Positions 26,754 through 33,512 of a stretch of 33,512 nt of DNA are shown in pieces. The position numbers were made by a program, and so were the translations under genes. Source of the stretch: Candidatus Enterousia avistercoris (lineage in GTDB: Bacteria > Pseudomonadota > Alphaproteobacteria > Rs-D84); NCBI GenBank assembly GCA_017694255.1, contig JADINC010000044.1, forward strand, positions 1 through 33,512, read 5' to 3'. How positions within the stretch are numbered: position 1 is the first letter of the stretch; each line of letters starts with the position of its first letter. The notes below the pieces were generated by a model. It worked only from the letters and a program-made list of their open reading frames with translations, was not told where the DNA came from and did not search any database.

Positions 26754-26867
26754 TGCCGAAAATAAACCACCGTTTTTTCGGCATTTTTATGTTTAAAAAT
26801 TCCCAGATTTCCGCGATTTTCTTCCTTTCTTTTTATGCCGAAAAAAAACGGTGGTTTGGATTCGGCA
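26754..26867. repeat. Inverted repeat pair upstream of the Cys-rich genes
   Basis: AAACCACCGTTTTTTCGGCAT (26764-26784) and ATGCCGAAAAAAAACGGTGGTTT (26835-26857). Confidence 0.8.
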
Positions 26868-26961
26868 TGAAATTTGATTAAATTTTATTGAAAATTCAAC
26901 ACGTTTACAAGGGAAAAATTTTATACATTATTTATACCCTGAACCCTGATCCCTTTATGCA

Positions 26962-27223
26962 CGCGCGCATGCGCGCGACTTTATTATCCACTGGATCGCC
27001 ACGGTCGCGTTGCTCCCTCGCGATGACAAGAAACAGGTCATTAATGTGTCGCTCGGGCGCTTATGCGCCCTGTGCGTATCCTCGTATTTGTTCAAACTGC
27101 GCTAGCGCTTGTTTTCACATACTCGGATTCATCCCGTGGCCCGGGCCCCGCGAAAACGTCAGTTTTCGTGGGTGGATGCAGACACCGGGATCCAGGTAAT
27201 TTATGCCGTCGCACATGCGACAC
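26962..27223. repeat. Second REP/RPE-like palindrome cluster with nested hairpins
   Basis: CTGGATCGCC...CGCGATGACA (26991-27028, reverse orientation); TCATCCCGTGGC...CGGGATCCAG (27129-27195); tail 27190-27223 matches 19635-19667. Confidence 0.78.
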
Positions 27224-27539
27224 CACTTTTACAACAAATCACTTTAATACATAATTATACCAATTTGATATTACAAATAACTTTTATAAAGACACAAAAA
27301 CAAAAACCGGCAAAATTTGCCCATCAACACCCCCGAAACAAAAAATTAATCCAATTTATTAAAAACAGTTAACAACAAATTGTTTTTATTGTTATAAACA
27401 CTAAAAAACACCCGCAAAAAGCAGGGCGCACCACAAAAAAAACACCGCAAACCCGCAGAAATCCGCCACTTTTTATTTAAAAACACGCCAAAGCAGGGCA
27501 CAAATCGCAAAAAATCGCAGACGCCCGGCATATTTTATA

Positions 27540-27607
27540 ACAAAACCGAAACAAACACCACAAAACCGAAACAAACACCACAAAACCGACACAAACACCA
27601 CAAAACC
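27540..27607 (+). repeat. 20 bp tandem repeat, ~3.4 copies
   Basis: CAAAACCGA(A/C)ACAAACACCA three times plus a partial copy. Confidence 0.9.
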
Positions 27608-27915
27608 ACACAACAATAAAAAATCAACATCTATCAGAAAATACAATATAATAGCAAGGTTATTGCGTAAACAAATTTAACTTTGTTCGTCACAAAAAAT
27701 CAACACAACAAAACAACACATGCACATCCAACAAAAACATTTTCCAAACACACGGCCACCACAAAAAAATTCTTATACAACATCAAAAAACAGCACACCA
27801 ACAAAACCCCGCAACGTCAAACATCTTTTAAACCACAAAGCCCATTATTTACCCAATGCCACAACAGTATTTCCGCCACCAAAAACACCGCCCCAGCCAC
27901 CCACCACAACACCAA

Positions 27916-27943
27916 ACTATACATAATATACATTATGCGCCTT
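27916..27943 (-). other. dif: dif-like XerCD recombination site
   Basis: Reverse complement AAGGCGCATAA-TGTATA-TTATGTATAGT versus E. coli dif GGTGCGCATAA-TGTATA-TTATGTTAAAT: 22/28 identical with 20 contiguous; intergenic. Confidence 0.85.
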
Positions 27944-28190
27944 TTGTGTGCCGCCCTTTGCACTTGTACCCCGACGATAAAAAATACATACAATGCACGA
28001 AAACAAAGCGCACATAAAACCACCCCTTCTATCACACATCACAAAGTCCGCCCAAACCCGACCCAAAAACAAACCGCACATCCACGCGCACACAACAAAA
28101 AAAACACCCACCACACATTACAACAACTTCGCCCACGTCGCCCCGCACAAACTATACATAACACACACAAAAAACATAAAAAACGCCACA

Positions 28191-28219
28191 AAAAAACGGG
28201 GACACCCGCCCCGTTTTTT
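28191..28219 (-). terminator. Terminator after mscL
   Basis: AAAAAACGGGG-loop-CCCCGTTTTTT. Confidence 0.7.
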
Positions 28220-28246
28220 ATTAAAATAAAACATCACATATTATAT

Positions 28247-28801
28247 TTAACGCTTTGTTATTTTTGAAATTTTTTTCAAGTGCTTTTTCGCAACATTTGT
28301 TATATTTTTTATATCTGTTTCCAGCGCGCTTGGCTGGTCCGGATCAAACTTTACCGGTTCAACCCCAGAACAGCAGTTCGGGCATTTTGACGCCATCGCA
28401 TTTATTGTAGATTTACAATACGGACACACACGCGTCGCTGGTTGTTTTGTCCGAACCCGATTGATGATTTTCACCATAACAAATATAGCAAACATTGTTA
28501 TAATAAAACTGACCACAGAGTTCAAAAACACACCTATATTCATAGTTGTCGCCCCGGCCGCCTGGGCTTCGGCCACCGTGTTATAGTGCGCCCCGGCCGT
28601 TCCACCCGACAAAACGATAAAAAATTGAGAAAAATCAACATCGCCAATTAATATTCCTATTGGCGGCATAATAATATCTTTGACCAAAGAATTCACCATA
28701 CTGGTCATGACACTGCCGACAATGATACCAACCGCCATATCAATTGCACTGCCACGTTCTATAAAGGCTTTGAATTCTGCTAACAATTTGCTTTTAGCCA
28801 T
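28247..28801 (-). CDS. mscL: Large-conductance mechanosensitive channel with C-terminal zinc ribbon
   Basis: EFKAFIERGSAIDMAVGIIVG, SLVKDIIMPPIG, GVFLNSVVSF; CPYC..CPNC tail. Confidence 0.93.
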   Translation of the reverse strand: MAKSKLLAEFKAFIERGSAIDMAVGIIVGSVMTSMVNSLVKDIIMPPIGILIGDVDFSQFFIVLSGGTAGAHYNTVAEAQAAGATTMNIGVFLNSVVSFIITMFAIFVMVKIINRVRTKQPATRVCPYCKSTINAMASKCPNCCSGVEPVKFDPDQPSALETDIKNITNVAKKHLKKISKITKR

Positions 28802-29351
28802 TTTTTTGTCCTTTTTTTACATATTCTTTGATTGCATCAACAACCTTGTCCAGTGTTTTACGCAGACTTTCATCCCGCGTTTCAACGGTTATATCCGCCA
28901 TAGAATAAATGTCATATCGCTCATCAATCAATTGCGCCAGTATTTTCCGGCTGTCCGTGTGCAGCAACTGTGGCCGCGTATCACGAAAATTCGTCCGTTT
29001 TACCAGCAAATCCAAATCCGCACGCAGCCATATCGACAACGCCCGCCCCAGGACCATTTCCCGCACGGCGGGGGTTATAAATGCCCCCTCGCCCGTAGAG
29101 ATAACTTTCAGCATTGGTGGCGTATCAAACAATCGTGCGATAACGCGCTGTTCGGCACGTCGAAATTCATCTTCGCCATACAGCGAAAATATATCCACCA
29201 CACTGCAACCCGCGGCAGCCTCTATTTCTTTATCAGAATCAACAAATGGTATCCCCAGCCGTCGCGCCAACGCCCGCCCTACACTGGTTTTACCAGCCCC
29301 CATCAGCCCAACCATAACGATTGGTTTATCTAAAATTATATTTTCTTTCAT
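28794..29351 (-). CDS. aroK: Shikimate kinase
   Basis: GLMGAGKTSVG, FVDSD, GEDEFRRAE, ISTGEGA, RPQL; start MKENII. Confidence 0.93.
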   Translation of the reverse strand: MKENIILDKPIVMVGLMGAGKTSVGRALARRLGIPFVDSDKEIEAAAGCSVVDIFSLYGEDEFRRAEQRVIARLFDTPPMLKVISTGEGAFITPAVREMVLGRALSIWLRADLDLLVKRTNFRDTRPQLLHTDSRKILAQLIDERYDIYSMADITVETRDESLRKTLDKVVDAIKEYVKKGQKNG

Positions 29352-29469
29352 ACACACAATTTTAATAAAAAAACCTATATTTCTCAATAAGAATTGCTTT
29401 TTATTTTAAAAGATATGAAATTTATGCTATAATAGATGCGTACAGATATAAAAAAGCGAGAGAGTTCCA

Positions 29470-30576
29470 ATGAAAAAAACATCACTATTTGCCCTGTCTG
29501 TATTTATGCTGTCATTTGGCGGCGCATTTGCAGGCGTTGGCCCACATATTTACGCAAACACTTTTACTGCGAATAACATAACCGCGTTCCAGCATTCTAT
29601 CATGATGGGCGCAATGCAAACATTCGAAGGTACCGCCGCCGCTGCACTGGCGGGGCGCCGAATTATGCAACCGACCAAATCCGACAACAAAAACGTATAC
29701 GGCACACTGCCAATGTATGGGCGCCCACATTTATACGGCGAATATGGCGACGACGGCACGGTTCTGACGCAATCTGGTCGCAATGGTGGCGACGCTGCAT
29801 TTAACAGTCAACCTGTTGTAAACAGCCTGTGGCTGAATTGGCAACATTTCAGCGACGACGTAAAATTCAAAGGCTATGACGAACTGGAATCGGATTATGA
29901 TTTAATAATGTTCGGTCTGGCCGGGGGCGAAGCACAATGGGGCATTGGCATATCTGAATGGGGCCTGTTTGGCGGTTATGTTGGCGGGACCCAGGATAAT
30001 AATTTTATCAGCCTGGATGAAACTGGTGGATACGTTGGCATATACAGCGGATATAACATCCAGAATTTCAACCTGTCTTTGGCGGCAAACGCGGGCGCGT
30101 TATACAACAACGCCGACAGCGAATACGGCACTGACGAATTTGCCAATATGTGGGCCGGCGTGGCAATGAACGCAACATTCAATCTTGCACTGGACGATAC
30201 ATTCACATTACAGCCTGGCGTATATGCGGGATATACATGGATTGGATCGTCCAATTATATTTCTGTATCTGGCGCATCTGTTGCGAATCAAAACTTTAAC
30301 ACATTTGAAATTGCACCATCACTGCGCGCGATAAAACATATTGGACGTGGCTGGTTTGGATATATCGGTGTAAAGTATGCATTTATGTCTGGCCATGGTG
30401 GCACAGTCATCGCCGATGGCGTCGAATACAGCGAACTGGACACACGTGATTATGCAGAATATGGAATTGGTATTGAAAAATCGATAGACAGATTTAATGT
30501 TGCCCTGACATTAAATCGACGCGATGGTGGTCGTGCTGGATGGAACGGTTCTGTCACAATGAAATATATATTCTGA
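29470..30576 (+). CDS. Autotransporter-type outer-membrane beta-barrel protein with very short passenger
   Basis: Signal peptide, SGRNGGD linker, amphipathic beta strands (LQPGVYAGYTW), C-terminal MKYIF beta-signal. Confidence 0.75.
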   Translation: MKKTSLFALSVFMLSFGGAFAGVGPHIYANTFTANNITAFQHSIMMGAMQTFEGTAAAALAGRRIMQPTKSDNKNVYGTLPMYGRPHLYGEYGDDGTVLTQSGRNGGDAAFNSQPVVNSLWLNWQHFSDDVKFKGYDELESDYDLIMFGLAGGEAQWGIGISEWGLFGGYVGGTQDNNFISLDETGGYVGIYSGYNIQNFNLSLAANAGALYNNADSEYGTDEFANMWAGVAMNATFNLALDDTFTLQPGVYAGYTWIGSSNYISVSGASVANQNFNTFEIAPSLRAIKHIGRGWFGYIGVKYAFMSGHGGTVIADGVEYSELDTRDYAEYGIGIEKSIDRFNVALTLNRRDGGRAGWNGSVTMKYIF

Positions 30577-30577
30577 T

Positions 30578-30604
30578 AAAAATCCGCCAAATGGCGGATT
30601 TTTT
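30578..30604 (+). terminator. Intrinsic terminator
   Basis: AAAATCCGCCA-AA-TGGCGGATTTTTT. Confidence 0.75.
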
Positions 30605-30751
30605 AATAATAGCAATCTTGAACATATAAAAAATTTCCAAAACAATGATAACCAAAATATTAAAAAATCTATAACCAGATTTAATTTTTCCACATACGAT
30701 AGCTGTATTTTTTATTTTGCATTTATCCCAGCCCCCGTGTAGAATGCATTT

Positions 30752-31468
30752 ATGCGACTGGACCAATTTCTTGTTTCAAAACAAATTTACAACACGCGCG
30801 CACGCGCGGTGGCGGCAATTCGGGCGGGATTGGTATCTGTAAATGCTGTGGTGGCCAAAAAGCCCAGCCAAAACGTTTCTGATGACGATAATGTTATTGC
30901 TGGCGCGTTACCGTATTCGTCTGGTCGTGGCAATTTAAAATTAATCGCTGCACTAGAAAAATTTAACGTAAATCCCGTGGATTATGTGTGTTTAGATGTA
31001 GGTGCCAGTACCGGCGGTTTTACCGAATGTTTATTGTCGCATGGCGCATTACGCGTAATTGCGGTTGATGTTGGTACCGGTCAATTGATTCCAGCCATAA
31101 AAAACGATAATCGTGTTGTTGTGTTGGAACAAACAGATATTCGTAATTTGGCGCCAATATGTGCGGTTGATTTGATTGTTGTTGATGTATCGTTTATATC
31201 GCTGTGTAATATTATGGACGCCCTGTCCGCGTGGCATGCGCCCCAGATTATCGCGCTGATTAAACCCCAGTTCGAGGTTCCACGTGCCATAGCGGCGCGT
31301 AATCATGGCGTGATAAAAAGCGCAGACGTCCGACAAAATGCCGTACAAAATGTAATTCAAAACTTTGAAAAAGTTGGCTATAAACAAATTGGTATTATTG
31401 AATCGCCCATTCGTGGCGGCAGTGGTAATGTGGAATATTTGGCATACTTGCGCCGTGTGGCGCAATAA
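30752..31468 (+). CDS. tlyA: TlyA-family rRNA 2'-O-methyltransferase (S4 + FtsJ domains)
   Basis: MRLDQFLV, SRG.KL-like motif, LDVGASTGGFT, AVDVG..QL, VDVSFISL, LIKPQFE, SPIRGGSGNVEYL. Confidence 0.93.
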   Translation: MRLDQFLVSKQIYNTRARAVAAIRAGLVSVNAVVAKKPSQNVSDDDNVIAGALPYSSGRGNLKLIAALEKFNVNPVDYVCLDVGASTGGFTECLLSHGALRVIAVDVGTGQLIPAIKNDNRVVVLEQTDIRNLAPICAVDLIVVDVSFISLCNIMDALSAWHAPQIIALIKPQFEVPRAIAARNHGVIKSADVRQNAVQNVIQNFEKVGYKQIGIIESPIRGGSGNVEYLAYLRRVAQ

Positions 31469-31541
31469 TGTATCGAATTCCCTTGAATTCAGTATGTTTT
31501 ATGTATAAAATTTTTCAGACTTTAACAATAGGTTATAAAAA

Positions 31542-33512
31542 ATGGCAGACGATATTAAGAAAATCCATGAACGCGAAGAAAAATGGCAACGCCGTTGGGC
31601 GGACGCCGGTGTATTCACCCCTAAAAATGACGGTTCAAAGCAACCGTTTTATATGTTGGCAGAATTTCCATTTCCATCGGGTACAGGGCTGCATGGTGGT
31701 CACATGTTGAATTACACCGGTTGTGATGTTATGGCGCGTTTTCGCCGTATGCAGGGTTATGATGTCTTGTTCCCATTGGGGTTTGATTCATTGGGTATTT
31801 CAGCAGAAAACTATGCGACCAAGGTGGGCCAGCATCCGTCTGTGGTTGTCGCGGATTTGATAAAAAAGTTCACTAAAAACATGGTGGATATGGGGTGGTC
31901 GATTGATTTGAAATCGCAAATTGCGACATCGGACCCTGAATACATTAAATGGACACAATGGATGTTTATTCAGTTCTTTAATACGGGGTTGGCGTACAAA
32001 TCTATGTTGCCGATGAATTGGTGCCCGAATTGTCGTACCACATTGACCAATGAAGAACTGGAAGATGGTAAATGCAATCGTTGTCATGGACCAGTTGAAA
32101 TTCGTGAAAAAATGCAGTGGAATCTGGCGATTACTAAATATGCCCAGCGTTTGTTAGATGGGTTAAGTGCGGTGGATTATCCAGAACGCGTAAAGCGCGA
32201 CCAGATAAACTGGATTGGTAAATCCACGGGTGCGGATGTTGATTTTATGGTTGGTGATGACGTGATGACCGTTTACACCACCCGCGTTGATACTATATTC
32301 GGTGCGACATTTTGTGCGATTGCGCCAGAACATAAGTTGGTTGCCAAGTGGTTGGCGGATGGGCGTATTAAAAACGCGGACGCAGTGCGTACGTATATAA
32401 AGCAGTCGGCCGAAAAATCTGAATTTGATCGTACGGATGCAACAAAAGAAAAAACAGGTGTGCGCCTGGATGGCATAATGGCGCGTAATCCATATACTGG
32501 GGATGAAATTCCGGTGTTTGTTGCAGACTATGTATTGGTGAATTATGCACATGGTACAATTATGGCGGTGCCGGCGCATGATGAACGCGACTGGGATTTT
32601 GCGAAAAAGTTTGATTTGAAAATCATTCCGGTTATCGATGGTGGCGAGCCAGATAAAGTTTGGACCGGGGATGGCGTGCACATTAATTCGGGATTCTTGG
32701 ATGGTATGAACAAGGCCGATGCAATTGCCGCCGCGATTAAGTATGGCGAAGAACATGACTTTGCGCGTCCGAAAACGCGATTCAAAATGACCGATTGGGG
32801 CTTTTCGCGCCAGATGTACTGGGGCGAACCAATCCCATTGGTATATTGTGAAAAATGTGGTTGGGTGCCGGTACCGGAATCTGAATTGCCGTTGATGCAA
32901 CCGTATATGGAAGACTATCGTCCAACAGAAGACGGTGAAAGTCCCCTGGCGCGCGCAACAGATTGGGTAAATACCACATGTCCAAAGTGTGGCGCGCCAG
33001 CGCGGAGAGAGACGGATACTATGCCGCAATGGGCAGGTTCATCGTGGTACTATATGCGGTATCTGGATCCACATAATGATAATGCGTTTTGTTCGCGTGA
33101 ACAGATGGAACGCTGGATGCCAGTTAATCACTATAACGGTGGGAACGAACACAATACGCGCCATTTGATTTATTCGCGTTTCTGGCACAAGGCTTTATAC
33201 GATTTAGGTTTTGTTAATACCGATGAACCGTATAAAAAACGTACCACGAATGGATTGCTGATGGGGTCAGACGGGAAAAAGATGTCTAAATCCGCTGGCA
33301 ATGGATTCCAGGTTGATGAAATGGTGGCACGTGTGGGGGCGGACGCCGCGCGTACAACAGTTTTATCGCTGGGGCCGTGGGATACGAATGTGAATTGGTC
33401 AGACGGTGCGCTGGCCGGGGTGCAAAGATTCTTGAAACGCGTGGAAAATATGGCGGATAATTTGACAGATGATGCCATGAATGCGGACCAGGAAAGATTG
33501 GTGCATCAATTA
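31542..33512 (+). CDS. leuS: Leucine-tRNA ligase, 3'-truncated by the window edge (absent from the ORF track because it has no stop)
   Basis: ATG 31542 MADDIKKI..EEKWQRRW; FPFPSGTGLHGGH; NWIGKS.G; YTTRVDTIFG; MAVPAHDERD; DWGFSRQMYWGEPIP; RETDTMPQWAGSSWY; KMSKS. Confidence 0.95.
   Translation, partial: MADDIKKIHEREEKWQRRWADAGVFTPKNDGSKQPFYMLAEFPFPSGTGLHGGHMLNYTGCDVMARFRRMQGYDVLFPLGFDSLGISAENYATKVGQHPSVVVADLIKKFTKNMVDMGWSIDLKSQIATSDPEYIKWTQWMFIQFFNTGLAYKSMLPMNWCPNCRTTLTNEELEDGKCNRCHGPVEIREKMQWNLAITKYAQRLLDGLSAVDYPERVKRDQINWIGKSTGADVDFMVGDDVMTVYTTRVDTIFGATFCAIAPEHKLVAKWLADGRIKNADAVRTYIKQSAEKSEFDRTDATKEKTGVRLDGIMARNPYTGDEIPVFVADYVLVNYAHGTIMAVPAHDERDWDFAKKFDLKIIPVIDGGEPDKVWTGDGVHINSGFLDGMNKADAIAAAIKYGEEHDFARPKTRFKMTDWGFSRQMYWGEPIPLVYCEKCGWVPVPESELPLMQPYMEDYRPTEDGESPLARATDWVNTTCPKCGAPARRETDTMPQWAGSSWYYMRYLDPHNDNAFCSREQMERWMPVNHYNGGNEHNTRHLIYSRFWHKALYDLGFVNTDEPYKKRTTNGLLMGSDGKKMSKSAGNGFQVDEMVARVGADAARTTVLSLGPWDTNVNWSDGALAGVQRFLKRVENMADNLTDDAMNADQERLVHQL

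Noticed and set aside
27540..27607. Possible CRISPR array
   Set aside because: The 20 bp units are head-to-tail with no unique spacers, and there are no cas genes
27683..28267. 194 aa ORF and other ORFs in the A/C-rich tract
   Set aside because: The K/T/H/P/N composition follows from base skew, which suppresses stop codons; the ORF overlaps dif and a terminator
8094..30604. Shared CCGCC(C)A..TGG(G)CGG terminator cores as a DNA-uptake sequence
   Set aside because: Seen only as terminator stems with variable sequence; I saw no over-representation inside genes
32163..33478. Minus-strand ORFs (288 aa and others)
   Set aside because: They are antisense to the continuous leuS frame

Overview
Chromosomal segment of an alphaproteobacterium. 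GcrA and an M23 peptidase-bactofilin pair support that assignment; the compact layout and many Cys-rich secreted orphans suggest, as inference only, a reduced host-associated gut lineage such as Rs-D84/Enterousia-like MAGs. Housekeeping genes are tig (partial), thyA, rpsA, adk, corA, acpS, gcrA, lpxA, lpxB, rpiB, mscL, aroK, tlyA and leuS (partial), plus five tRNAs. The most notable observations are: (1) a near-canonical XerCD dif site with an extra orphan XerD arm in a ~1.5 kb gene-free, extremely A/C-skewed region, about 2.7 kb from a strand-skew flip whose polarity is that of an origin rather than a terminus; (2) a prepilin-peptidase-led operon, divergent from gcrA, encoding secreted Cys-rich proteins with glycine-zipper membrane-inserting segments; (3) a ~206 bp structured element that duplicates the tRNA-Pro 3' end; (4) nested TGTCAT...CCAG palindromic repeats; (5) a LeuRS with altered HIGH and editing motifs. 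No integrase, transposase, CRISPR array or rRNA was seen. All calls come from reading the sequence, with no database searches.
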